Part shown: positions 13,771-26,716 of the stretch, in pieces
Numbering within the stretch: position 1 is the stretch's first letter
Layout: each line of letters begins with the position of its first letter
Assembly (NCBI GenBank): GCA_021432655.1
Contig: MU271244.1
Span: 1 to 58,303, forward strand
Reading direction: 5' to 3'
Source of the DNA: Atractiella rhizophila
Lineage: Eukaryota
DNA length: 58,303 nt
The notes under the pieces: generated by a model
Database searches by the model: none
Told to the model about the DNA's origin: nothing
Seen by the model: only the letters and a program-made list of their open reading frames with translations
Made by a program: the position numbers and the translations under genes

Positions 13771-14864
13771 ATGTCTTTCACTGTCACCTCACCGCCAGCA
13801 GCTCTCTCCCTTCAGCTCGCCGCTGCATCAAGCGAGGATGGGATTCACACTTCGATGATCTATTCCCAGCTGCCCATCGATGGAACCAGGCCGTACAACT
13901 ACATCAATGAACCTCCAGCGGGAGTGCCGAGGACCAGCTTGACGCCTATCGAGGTGCCGACTGTTGTGAAGGATTTGAGGAAGTTGTCGAAGGATGAATA
14001 TGGGACTGAAATTAGTGGATTTGGCTTTGAGACCGAAGGCACGAAGATGGAGTATGAGGACTGGGCACAGGAGGAGAAGATCCGTGGTGTTTACTACCCA
14101 GAAGTCGAGGAGTCCGTTTCTCAGCTGTCTTCTCGATGGAGAGCGAAGCTGATCATGGATTCTTGTTGATGGACAGGTTTTTGAAGAAGCAGTTTAATGC
14201 ACACACGATTCATATTTTCGATCACACCGTCCGCCGCACTCCACCTGTTGGCACGGTTGTGAAAGATACGCCAGAGACTCGGCAGCCTGTTTCACGCGTG
14301 CATGTGGATCAAACGCCTGAATCTGCGATCGCACGAGTGCATAGGCACCTGCCTGAGGATGCCGACAGGCTTCTTAAGGGTTCGTTCCTTTCCTCTCGTA
14401 TTGCTTCAACGTGACGACCTGACGGATGTGGATATAGGGAGATACAGGCTCGTAAATGTCTGGCGACCATTCCATACTGTATATGATATCCCGCTCGCTG
14501 TCGTCGACTATCGAACACTTGATTATGAGAAAGACCTCGTGCCGACAGCTCTGATTTATCCCGACCGTGAAGGAGAGACATTCACTGTCCTTCGTGAGTT
14601 GTTCTCCTTTTTAGCCGACACAATGTAACAAAGGCATCGCCCACAGACACTCCTAATCAAAAATTCTACGCCCCTTCCCATCAAACGAAAGATGAAGTCA
14701 TACTTCTGAAGTGTTTTGATTCAGAAGCCCTCAAAGAGGGAAATGACCACATCGCGAAGCTTACGCCTCATACTGCATTTATTGATCATCGGTTCTATGG
14801 GAAGGAAGGAGTGAGGGGAAGAGAGAGCATCGAATTGAGGTGTCTGGTATTCAGCGATGAGTAA
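13771..14864 (+). CDS. AsaB/CmcJ/GA4-desaturase-like Fe-dependent hydroxylase/desaturase
   Basis: Motifs YYPEVE, IFDHTVRR, VHVDQT, VNVWRP, PLAVVDYRT, DEVILLKCFDS, TPHTAF and RESIELRCLVF. Three short introns; stop TAA ends at 14864. Confidence 0.88.
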
Positions 14865-16799
14865 ATGTGTGATAGTTGTTGGACCATTTGTATATTACTT
14901 TCAAATCGACATGTAAACTTAGTCTTGCCACGGTATCCCCTGTATATCCCATACTTTATCAGATCGTACTGAAGCACGCTTTCACACAACCTGATCTGGG
15001 TAACGTGTTATGCTGAAAGAAGAAAGCTGCTTGTCAGGAGCATGAAAACATGAAGGGAGGCGAGGGGAAGAAGTTCGTAGGTTAAACGAGAGACAAATGT
15101 AGCTTTCCCATAGACGCAGCCAGTACTCGCTGCTTTGCATGCATAATGGAGTTCGTGCATGAACCGAATTCTCATCCGTTTGATGAACTATAACATGAGA
15201 GACTTTCCCGCTAGCGTGAGGTTTAGAAGACAAATTGGGCGGCTCGTGCCGGGCCCCATCAGTAAAATTCAGAGCATAAGAGTGATGACGCAGGGGCGGG
15301 TCTTGACATATGGCTACTTTGTTAACGGTCTCACTGGGATGAAATGGTCGTTACCTTGCTCGAGTCAAACTCTCTTGGAGCGTCGACTACTTGAGGGTAG
15401 AAGGGGAATCCAAAGGGACAAGTGCTGTGAGGTGGCCGACCGATTGCCGTGCAGACCTTTCTCTGTGGACACTCATATTGTCGAATGTCTCAGACAGTTG
15501 TATCCTTTGGTCCCAAGTCAAGACGCAGGAGTGAGAACCATGGTTTCTTAAGTTCGGTCTCGGATTGTTTTCAGGGCAAGAAGCCATCTCTAAACAAGAG
15601 CTGACAAGTGTAGGTGGCGGGACTTTTGGAGTCTGTTGGGTTATGGCCTGACCTCATTGTATTACACTGCCAATCGAAGTTGATCTGTATTCAGCCGTGC
15701 CCCACAATTCTGAATGCAGATCTCAGGTATGGCTGGACAGGCAATCCGGTTGGCTGGACAACTGGAAAAGATGAGATCCCATCTGGATTCAGATGTAGAC
15801 AGTTGCTTGAGTCTGAACACGCCCTCATCCAGTAATAGTAGAGAGTTTACGAAGCGAGCCTCCAGCTTATTTTTCCCCTTAATTTTTCGCCGGCGCAGTC
15901 GTACAAGGAATATCTCAGATTAACTCAACACTGTTTCCTGGAGCTGGGGCCCAAAGTTCTGGAGACAGGAGCTGCCGTGCCTTCCTGCCAAAATCGTTAA
16001 GCAAGGTCACTTATCAAGGCTTCCTTAAGACCCAAGGCTTATGAACGGACCTTTGCAGATTCAAGCCTAATGCCACATAATTCCATAGACTGGTAACCTT
16101 CCAGAATTCAATTCACATTGTTTCTGTTGTTATATACATGGTGAACAACAACTTCCACCATGGTTTAAGTCTTGGTTTAAGCATTTTCTTTTCGCAAACC
16201 CCTGCAACTTCTGACATTGCCATTGTTTTGTTTTTCTGACCCAGAGCTTGCACGTGGCAACTGATGATATACTCGGCACTAGTCAAGCCAAAAATATTGA
16301 GAGGTCGTTAAAGGAGCTTGTTTCGCAAACCCTCTAGTATCAACTGGACTTAGCTGCTACCACCTGAAATCAGATTATTTGCACCTGTCCTCAGCTGTCC
16401 TCTCTATCCAAAGCACCTGCTGATACCTCTAAGCAGTCATCTATCAACCTGCCCTCAGCCATCCTACCCATCTGTATCTAGGCATGCCAAGCTGTAACCG
16501 TCCGGTTAGAAAGCTACACTAAATGGACTTCCGCATTAAGCTGTGAGCACAACGTATTTGCCTACACCCTTGAGAATAATGCATACACATTTTGACTCAG
16601 TCCATTCTGCTGTTCTGTATAGGTCTTGTGGTCTTTCTGCATGTACTCTAGCCATATGACCTGCATAATATGTATGTATGAAATCATCATTATTATTGCA
16701 GGGGTAGTTTGTGTAAGAAATATCTTACAACTGAATAACACCAGACATAACAAACATGGATCGTATGCTATTGTGTAATGAAAATGGATAGGGTTATAT

Positions 16800-19700
16800 G
16801 ATGACATGGAAGAGCATTCTTGACTGTTAATTCAATCGAAATAGAATCGAGAAATAAAACCCGTAGATGGTAAATGATACATGGTGTTTTGAGATGCAAG
16901 GATAATAGCAGATCAAATCAACAACATAAACAACAGATGTGACATTCGAACAAAATATTTTAATGCTTGCTCAGGTGGAAAGATTAGAAAGGGTCGAGCC
17001 AGTGCTTTCAGTGACTGCAGCATCATTGGCAGTTGGCTCGATCCTGCGATCAAACTGTTGACTTGTGTGATGGTAGATCCATATCCTTCCTGGAGTTGAG
17101 ATTCTCAATACCATCCGGAAGAGCATTCACATGAGTGGAAGTCGTTACGTCTTTTGTCTGGGAACACATGTGAATGTCCCTCTTAACGAGCAAGCCATAA
17201 TGTCGAATATTCAGTATTTGTTCATCAAGTTCACAAAATTTGAGGAAACAAAATATTGACTTGCCTTTCCACTGCTCCTAGGTCCACCTTCTTCATATCT
17301 AACATGTCTTGAATGACTTTGTCGACTCGACTGAATATATCAATGTCATACAAGAAATACATAGTGAGCATAATGAGCATATGTTGGTGTTATGGTGGGT
17401 CACTTCATCAATTGGTTTGATTCTTCGCAAGAGTAGTGAGAGACCATTCGTAGTCAATAGATCTGCCAGCTGTTGAATTCACAGTAAGCTATAGCGACGA
17501 AAGGATGACAAAGGGACAAACTGGACAAACCTTCATTTTCGTATGGTTACACAAGTCGTCAAATGCTCCATGGGCATTGACCTTGAATTCCAGGCAGGAT
17601 CCCCTTTGCTGATGCCAGCAAGTAAGGGTGTTTGTTGAAGTATTACTACTAGTTGCTTGTCAGTGCAATGAGTAAAAATCCAAAGAATGACATATATGCA
17701 AGGTCCGAAAGACTAACATATTATCTGTGGAAAAGGGGAGCCTAAGGAGCCACCATATCAATGAGCAGTTATTTTGATAACTGCCTGAACAGAAACAACG
17801 AGTCCAATACCCAGAAGTGCCCATCATAGTCCTCTCATCGATGTGTATCTTGAGAAATGAACCCATTCATAGGCTTAGAGAATCGAGCTTCTCATTCTTC
17901 CATACCAAACAGCATTACGAAAGTTGCAACTTGGTATCCAAAACACAAGACCTTTCGAGGCTTCTTTCGAGGTCCCCCTCTTCGTCCTTCTGCTGTCCCA
18001 AAGCTTTCTTCCACCATGTATTTGTCCCAGCTGATCTATTTTCAACATACAGAGTTCATCATTATCTTCTGGTGGGGGACAAGCAGTTTACGTGCCGTCC
18101 CTTAGAAGCTTTTCAATGTCCTTTTTCTGCTCTCTACCTGATCTTCATCAGACAAGCTGGATGGATAGGAGTTTGCGTGAAGCCTGAGACGCTGTGTAGT
18201 CGTTAATATTCTCATTCTCGTCAAGGTTGCCGAAATGAGTGAATGGGCCATCATCATCTAAGATTCATTTTGAAAAATTTTGATCGACAGTTATAGCTAC
18301 CAGGTTCAGGGTCGAATGTTGCAGATGCTGTGAAGGAATACAAAATATGTCATAGCGTGATATATCACGTGCCGCATTTCCTGCGTCTCTGCTCGACCTT
18401 CAATATAAAAACGAGTTGTACTTTCCTTTCTACGATCTCTCTACGATATTCCTTGAAAGATTTACAATAACAACACATAATAATTTGCGTGACATAGAGA
18501 AGCGAACCATTTATGACAATGTTCCAGAAGGTGATCAATAATGTCCTTTTTGATGATTTTTGCAACTTTTTTTGGCTTACATTATGTTTAAGGGCTGAAA
18601 GAATCGCCAAGGAATCAATTCATCTGCTTGATTTGCCCATGCCCAAACAACACTTGCACAAACCATTCCCTCACTCCAAGATTCAGCAGCATCTTCACTC
18701 CTTATCTCAACAAGATGATCTGATACATTGGGCTCCCAATAGGAAATGGCACTAGACGTTCTGGGCCATCTGACTATTCCAAAAATGATGGAGCATGGCT
18801 TGGTGCTCAAGATCCAGAGGCATCTGCATCGAAGTCAGAATGCACAACAAGTCCTGCTCTCGGCAATGACTTGGGCATGAGAATAAAATAACCTTCCAGC
18901 AGGTATGTCATTCTACATTGCATTAATTGAGATTGAAGGGCATTATACTCCAAGCCTTTGTCGATTGACAGCCCGTTTCGTATTTGAGAGGACCCTCTCA
19001 TCATTATTGTCCCCACTCCCCATGAGGACTTTATGTATACCACGCAGCATACAGATAGCATGCTTAGTGTGAATATGGGTGTTGACAATGATACTCTCGA
19101 AACTCATCTGGCTAGGAGATGGTTCAGGTTTATGTCCTGGATCTAATTTTGATGAGGCAATGAAAGAAGAGGTGAGCGCTATGTGCAAAGCAGATGGCAC
19201 AGATTGGGCACCGTATAAGGACAGGAATGCAAGGCCGTTTTTGCAAATCTATGGTCTGTTGCTTCTTTGACACTGAATTGCATAGTTATTCCTTGCTCAT
19301 CTTATCAGCTGCATCCCACGTTACCCGATCAGTGTCGAAATGCTCAAAAGCACCCTGTCAGTATAAATTGATGGGTGCCTCAGATGTCCTAAGTTATAAC
19401 GCCATGGAGAAGGAGATCTAACAAATCAGTTGGTTGGTTGTTATATATCTTTCGCTTCTGAGCATGTTTCCTAAGTTACACATGAATAAAAGGGTTTGCA
19501 AAAATACTCCAATCAAAAGCAAAGAATGCACGTAATCCAGGAAAGTGAATAGCTCCTCTAACATGATTGTGCTGTGCTTTTTGATCACTTCCATAGAGGA
19601 ACTTGTATTGTCAAGATTGTTGACATCACTGAAATAAACCTTGTATGCTGCCCTTTTCCTTGTTAGAATTGGTTTCGATCTATGTGCCATATTAAATCTC

Positions 19701-20680
19701 TCCATCCTAGATGAATGAAAAACAAATGTCGATGGACTGGCTGTTGTCACTAATGTCGGCATCTTGCTTACTTCCTTTCACCAAGAGGGTGTAAACTCTA
19801 CAAAGCACAGATAAGAAGTATGGGATTGCAAACAATACTAAAAGAGAATGTGAATCGTTTCGTTGAACCAATATGTCAAACCTACTACCACTTTGCTTGT
19901 CAGTTTCAGGTATTGGCTCTATACTAGAGATGTAAGGAAACAGCCTGTTTGAGTTCATAAACCTCGGTAGCATCATCCACCATGCAAACACTCTGTAAAT
20001 GAGTATTATTCGGCTTAGCCCATCACAAACACTACGATAAGCATTGCCATAGGGAGAAAGAGATAGTACTTTCAACATGGTCAATTGCCCAAGTTTCAAA
20101 GCTGTGTTCAGTACACTAGAGTGTTAGCTTTTGGGTGCTCAGACGAATGCATTTTGGTGAGGCAACACTTGCCCTATCAGGAAAGGTTGTCGTCTTGATC
20201 CAACACGATCGGGCTTGGTGACACTTCCAAGATCGGATGACAAGCTTTATTGTATTTATAGAAGCTGTTGGTCTAATACTGGTGACACAACATGATGAGC
20301 AGTAAGCTTGTCAAACACTGTTGTGAGCACTGGTGTCAGGACCTCCCTCAAATTGCCTATTTTTATCCTATTTGGAGTCGTGGGTTCAATTAACATTTGT
20401 ATGGCTTATTTCCCCACCTCTTTTGCCCTACATATCAAGTACCTTTGCACCCTATCTTTGATAGAGTTTGAATGTTTGTTTGTAGCTGTGCAGTCCTTTA
20501 TGTGTATAGGCAAGGACAATGCCCCTGGGAGACATTGGATGAGACACTTTGCTGTATTTGAAAAACTGAGCTTTAAATTGTCATACTGCTGATAAACTCC
20601 ACATTTAGGCTCCTTACTATAAATAATAGCACTGTAAACTACATGGAAAAACAGAGCTATTGAAAAGGAGTTGGTAGCTC
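16800..20680 (-). pseudogene. Heavily decayed coding-like region of unknown family (possible Helitron cargo or separate TE relic)
   Basis: AT-richer and visibly CpG-poor. Long near-open minus-strand frames are broken by stops (e.g. IYSKEPKCGVYQQYDNLK...GNLREVLTPVLTTVFDKL at ~20620-20290). No motif recognised; boundaries approximate. Confidence 0.35.
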
Positions 20681-21161
20681 ATGTGGAAGTGTGTGGAAAA
20701 GGGATCTAAAGCTGTTTCGAGTGCATCCTTACCTCTAAAAGTCATCTCTTCTTAGCATGAGTCATAAAACACACTTTTGAGCGTTCATACCTCCCTCAGC
20801 AGGCACATTGAAACGAAATGAATTACACCATGCTACTGCATATGTTTTATTTTGAAGTGGTGAGAAAAAGTGTTTTGCAGCGGACTTGAACCCTTGCAAC
20901 CGTGTACAAAGGTAGCTCTGCCTTCCCTGGCTCCACTGGCTTCCCCACTTGGCCGCTAAACACCGTGCACAGCTGCCCCGCAAAGCAACCGCAGCACACG
21001 GCGCCAAAACAAGGCTGCACGCTATTTCTTCAGGGCATTTTGGGATTACTCAAGTTGGGCGCCAAAAAGTGTCGCTTGTCTACCTTAAGGGGAAGAAAGT
21101 GAGCACATGTGAGCTAGAATATACTGCCTTTGGTGTTTTCTGACAGCACTTTAGAACCATC

Positions 21162-24100
21162 ATGCCCCACCCTAAGCGAAAAAATGGTCCAAACCGACGA
21201 GTTCATGCTCAGCAGCAACGGCGAGAAGACAGCCAGTCAGATACCCCTCAGGCTGCTCCACGACGCACAGAGAGATGTCATGCAGGACTGCCCCAGCGTT
21301 TTCAGATTACACAACCTACCCCACCTCAGCATTTGACACACCAAATTTGTGAGCCACAGCAGCAGGCTCAACCTCTGAGGGTACGACAACAACAACGTCG
21401 GCAGCCAGACCCTCAGCCTTTAGATGGAGACATCACTGAAGGATCCTCTGATGGAGGATTTGGGAACAATGATATTCCTGACCCAAGGATGGTGCCACCA
21501 AGAGATGAAAGGCATGATCGGCATCCTTTCATCGCATTTAACTACTCTTCGGGAACCGTGGAAGCCGTGTGACTTTCTGGCTGGAGCGAAGTCTTCTGCT
21601 CAGAATGCGGTGCCTTACGTTGACTTGAGGAGCGAATAGTCAAGAGCTCTAAGCGTAATCCGAAATTTACGAACTGCTGCTCCCATGGAAAGATTGTTCT
21701 TCCTGCATATAAAATCCTCCACCAGAGTTGTTTTCAGCTGTTCACCAATCCAGATACGCATGAATCAAGACAGTTTCGTGAGAATATCCGCTCCTACAAT
21801 AATGCTCTTTCCTCTACTTCTCTCGGAGTCAAGCAGCCACCTATCCCTGGGCATGGAGTTTACACTTTCCGGATTCAAGGGGAGCTTTGCCATCACATCG
21901 GTGCTTTGCTTCCGGAATCTGATGACGAAGAAAAGTTTGCACAGATATATATGCTGGATTCTGAAGAGCAGATTTGTCAAAGAATAGGGACCATTAGAGG
22001 GAACAAACTTAAGGAAGTGACATTGAGAAAGTTGCAAGACATGGTGTGGCGGGTTAATCCATGGCCACAAATCTATAAAACTGCAAGAGAGCGTATGGCA
22101 GATGATCCAGCATTACAACTCCACATTCGAACTATTAATCCTACAGATCTCGATCCCTGACGATATAATAGGCCAACAGCTCATGGCATAGAGAAATTGC
22201 AGTGCTTCTCATTGGAGAAGAATCAGGAGCCACTGCCGGTGTCACAAGAGATTTTGCGGTCAAACTCTGACGGCCTGATGGTCAAAACTTTTATGAAAAA
22301 GTCACTGATCAAAATGCCAACTATCTCCCACTGTGATTTCCACTTTTATTTCCATATGGCAAGCAAGGTTGGCACACGTACATTCCCCTTCGTCATGGTG
22401 ATCTGCTTCAAAGTGGTCCACGGGAAGAACATCGAAATAATGAAGGACAAATAGTTGGAAACATGGGAGAACGAGTCCATGTTACGTAGATGGACTAGTA
22501 CTCCTATCTTTTTTCATCCAAAGAAGAATACTTTCTCTCTCATTCACCATGGCGGTCGACTATTTCAAGAATTGGTTTGCGATGCTTACGCACAAATAGA
22601 GAGTGGAAGGTTGAAGTTTCTTCGGTTTAATCAAGATCTTCTCCAAACTGAATCCTATGCTGGACTTGGTGACACCTTAGAAGATGGCCGAGATGAGCAG
22701 ATGTTGGGAAGTGGACCATTTACCCATCCACACATACTGGAAGCCCACGTCAAATGAATCAACAATTTCAGGATGTGATTGTGATTGTTGGAAACAGAGG
22801 TTCTCCTGCTATCTTTACAACATTCACCTGCAATCCTCGATGGCCCGAAATCACAGAAGCCTTGCTTCCTGGACAAACAGCTGCAGATAGGCCAGACTTG
22901 GTCTCTAGGGTTTTCAACGTGAAGGTGAAGGCCTATATGCAGGACATCAAAGATAACTCAATCTTTGGACGGACAGATGGCTTTGTCTGGGTGATCGAAT
23001 TTCAGAAACGTGGTCTGCCTCATGCTCACATCCTCATCATTCTCAATGCCAAAGACACCATCCAGGATGTTGAGGCTATCGACCGCATTGTATCTACTGA
23101 ATTGCCTAACAAGGATACCGATCCTGAGTTATTTGACATTGTCTGCAATCACATGCTCCATGGACCCTGCGGAGATATCAACCCAGATGCTCCATGCATG
23201 ATAGATGATCCTAAGAACCCTGGGAGAAAAATCTGTGGCCAAGGGTTTCCAAAGCCCTTTGCAGAAAAACAGGCATCAATGAAGATGGTTATCCCAACTA
23301 CCGGAGACATAACAATGGACGCACATTTCAGAAGACACCGAACGGATTTATTTACCACAATCGCTGGGTTGTACCATTCAGTGCTTATATCCTTCTGAGG
23401 TTTGTAGCTCACATCAATGTGGAGCTTTGCATCTCCATTAAATCAGTCAAATACCTCTTCAAATATGTCTACAAAGGAAATGATTGGGCACAAGCTATAC
23501 TTCATTATGCAAGAGGTGAAGGTGTGAGGGTTCTGGATGAGATTCAAGAGTACTTGGATGCCAGATTTATCGGATCTTCTGAAGGTAATGCTTAACATAA
23601 TATTATGGGTAATCTGATATATATTTCTAGCTGTTACCAGATCTTCCACTTCCCACTACACCAGCACTTCCCTGTGGTTATCCGCCTGGCAATACACCTT
23701 CCTGATAGGCATTTTGTGACCTTTAATCCCCAGGATGAGTCACTGGGAGACATTCTCAACAGGAATAATGTCACCAAAACGACGTTGACTGAGTTCTTCA
23801 CCTACTGTAGGGAAAACCCCAACATTACTGAAGACCTTACCTATCCAAGAGAGCCCCAATTCCTTCCTTGCAAGTCAGCCACACACACTTGGAAAATTCG
23901 GGAGCAGCAAGAAGCCATTGGACGCATATATTACGTTGCACCTTCACAAGGGGAACTATTCTATCTCCGAATGCTCCTCCATAAAGTTGTCAGCCCAAAA
24001 TCTTTTGAAGATATCTGGACAGTAGATGGAACCATCCATGAGACTTTTTAAGGCTGCATGTATGGCTCTTGGGTTGTTAGAACATGATCAAGAATGGGAT

Positions 24101-25928
24101 TTCTGCTTTGACGAAGCCAGTGCAGTTAAGAATGGCTTTGCGATGCGGTCTCTCTTCATCTATATTCTATTATTTGGTGTTGCCAGTGAACCTAGAAGAC
24201 TATGGGATAGCCATAATAGGCAGCTCAGCGATGATTGTAAACACCTTCTACAAACAAAGTATGGCACAGACGATCCGACACAGGAGCACATTATCAGTAT
24301 TTGTCTCCTTGAATTTGAAGATCTTCTCTAGGCGTACGGTAAAACTCTAACTGATTTTGGACTACCACAACCAGCAGAGCGGTTTGAAAGATGGGGAGGG
24401 GAGACAAGGATTATTGGTGAAGAGCTTGCATATGATTGATCATTACTTCCGTACGCCTTGAGACAGAGTTGCCATTATTAAACGAAGATCAATGTCATGC
24501 TTATGACATGATTGTAGTAGCATGGCAAGGTGGAAATGGTGGATTGTTCTTTATTGATGGACCAGGAGGGACTGGAAAGACCCTGTATTGCCGCTATCCT
24601 GCTGGAAGGAGGATGAACGGCCCATACACGCTTCCGGATCCCACTGGACATTGATGCCGACTCAGTCTGTAGTATTACTGCTCAGAGTGATCATGGACGA
24701 CTTTGCCGTGAGGCAGAATTGATAATTTGGGATGAAGTAGGAATGAGCCATCGATGGTGCTTTGAAGCAGTCGACCGGATGCTTAGAGACATGCGCAAAG
24801 TAGATGCACCTTTTGGTGGAGTTATTTTGGTCCTAGGCGGTGAGTGAATCAAGTCAAAGAGTTCAGCTCTAATAATTTTCGGGTGATATGCGACAATGCC
24901 TATCAGTGATTCCCAAAGCTTCAAGGGCACAGATTGTCAGCGCGTGTGTTATCAACAGTCCTTTCTGGCCAGCAGTTCAAGTCCTCCCTCTGACCGTGAA
25001 TATGTGCCTTCTTCGTCATCAAGCTGAAATGACACAGCGGGACTTTATGACTGCCTCTCACTTTGCTGAATGGTTGCTGTCAGTTGGAAATGGTGCAACT
25101 GACAACCCAGAAGACTGTGGCCATGGTCCATTAACTATGAAGGATCAAACAATAGTCCCACGATCCCATGGCCTGGAGGGTCTTTTAAATGACATCTATC
25201 CTGGACTCAGCACTATAACACAAGAAGTGAACTCAGTTGAGCTCAGGCAATACTTTCAGGAGTGCATGATCCTTACAGCCAGAAATATTGATGTTGACCT
25301 GATAAATGATCAGCTTATTCACGGCTTTGTCTCCCAGCAGGAGCGAGTCTATCTCAGTGCCGATCGATTGATGGACCACAGTGAGAATATTCAACAAGGA
25401 TTTACGGTTGAGTACCTCAACACTCTCAACATGATGGGACTTCCTCTCCATCGGCTTCATCTCAAAGTTGGAGCCCTTGTCATCCTGTTACGAAACCTCA
25501 ATCCTTCAGCTGGGCTCTGTAATGGTACACAGTTGATGGTCACCCAGCTGGTTTCTCACGTTATTGAGGCTACAATCATCACAGGAGCATTTACGGGTAC
25601 CTCAGTCCTCATCCCACGTATTGCTTTGGATAGCAAGGTCTCCAATTCATTTCCTTTCACCTTACGCCGGTTTCAATTCTCCATCAAGTTGGCTTTCTGC
25701 CTCACCATCAACAAGTCACAGGGACAGTCGGTGGGAACTGTTGGATTATATTTGGACACACCAGTTTTTACACATGGACAACTTTATGTAGGACTTTCTA
25801 GAGTTTCGAACACAAAGAATCTTCGAGTTTATTTACACCAGGTACAAGGGATAGAGAATAAGAGGACAGAAAATATAGTGTACAGAGAAGTTTTGAATTT
25901 TCACAATCAGATGCATGTAGACCTATAA
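21162..25928 (+). pseudogene. Helitron Rep/PIF1-helicase (RepHel) gene with many stops and frameshifts
   Basis: CCSHGKIVLP, RENIRSYNNAL, FAQIYMLD; Rep motifs FTTFTCNPRWPEI, VIEFQKRGLPHAHILI and KYLFKYVYKG; helicase motifs FIDGPGGTGKT, IIWDEVGM, RNLNPSAGLCNGT, TINKSQGQS and VFTHGQLYVGLSRV. Intron remnants at ~23585-23630 and ~24840-24882. Confidence 0.93.
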
Positions 25929-25990
25929 TGAAATCATAAAGATTCGTACCAAAACCCATGTGCATATGGTGTGCATATGGTGAGTCAGTG

Positions 25991-26099
25991 CTCGCCGAAG
26001 GCGAGAGGCCGCACGCAGTGGCTGCCAGAGGCTGGGGTCCAAGGGGCGAAGCCCCTGGCGGTGGGGGATGCCCGAAGGGCGATGGCATTGACACACTTG
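25991..26099 (+). repeat. Helitron 3'-terminal hairpin cluster and CTTG end
   Basis: CTCGCC-GAA-GGCGAG (25991-26005), AGGGGC-GAA-GCCCCT (26042-26056), GCCC-GAA-GGGC (26070-26080), then CTTG (26096-26099) followed by T. Confidence 0.75.
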
Positions 26100-26574
26100 T
26101 GCATCATTAACTACAGAGCTCATCAAAAAACTTGGATTGCACTTATTCTGAAGGCTCAACAATAAATACTGAGGGAGGGATGTGTGGTTGAAGTAGAAAA
26201 AAAATTCAAGTTTTGAGTTTCTCCCTTTTCTCTCTATGAGTAGGACCAGACTAAGTGAGGGGGAAAAGGTGGTCGAATTATTAGGAAGATAGTTTGGCGG
26301 AACACGTGACCCACCAGGCCACCACCATTTCCACCTCACGAAGGTGGGTTCGAGACTATTGGCAAATGGACAAAATGCGTTCGAATTCTATATAGACCAC
26401 GACTCACACCTTCGAACGCACTCCCAGTCATAGCGATACCAGAACTGGATCAGCATGCTTGGAGTGGTTCTACTTGAGACAGAATACCAACAGAAAGGAG
26501 AAAACGGGCAGACGTTAGGAAGGCTGGTTCAAACTCTAACCACAACCAGATATGGTGCAAAACGAAATCGTTTA

Positions 26575-26716
26575 ACAGACCACGACCGAGCCGTATCTGA
26601 AGCCATATCGAACGAATTGATTCTGTGTTACGGGTGCAGATACGATACGATACGGCTCCAGAGCCGCCTCGAATCGAAAGCTCTAGCCGATTCGATCTGA
26701 TACGAAACCATCCCTA
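26575..26716. mobile_element. Orphan hAT-type terminus (subterminal GATAC repeats plus TIR)
   Basis: Aligns by eye with the reverse complement of 35117-35260 (shared TATCGAACGAA, GATACGATACGA and GCCGCC.CGAATCGA blocks). Ends in CCATCCCTA (reverse complement TAGGGATGG, vs TAGGCATGG at 35117). Confidence 0.7.

Larger units (their letters stand above)
21162..26099 (+). mobile_element. Helitron (rolling-circle transposon), degenerate; 5' end not located
   Basis: RepHel motifs in order, then a 3' end with GC hairpins and CTTG|T at 26096-26100. Confidence 0.92.

Noticed and set aside
14900..15950. Short ORFs between the AsaB-like gene and the decayed region
   Set aside because: No motifs or splice-consistent model; treated as intergenic.
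16479..16488. TAGGCATGCC resembling the hAT TIR, as a possible partner for the end at 26716
   Set aside because: No subterminal ATCGT repeats follow it, and the flanking 8-mers (TCTGTATC vs CGCATATG) do not form a TSD.
26630..26710. GATAC/ATCGT short repeats here and at 35127-35250 as a CRISPR-like or satellite array
   Set aside because: No repeat-spacer periodicity, the context is eukaryotic, and hAT subterminal repeats explain them.
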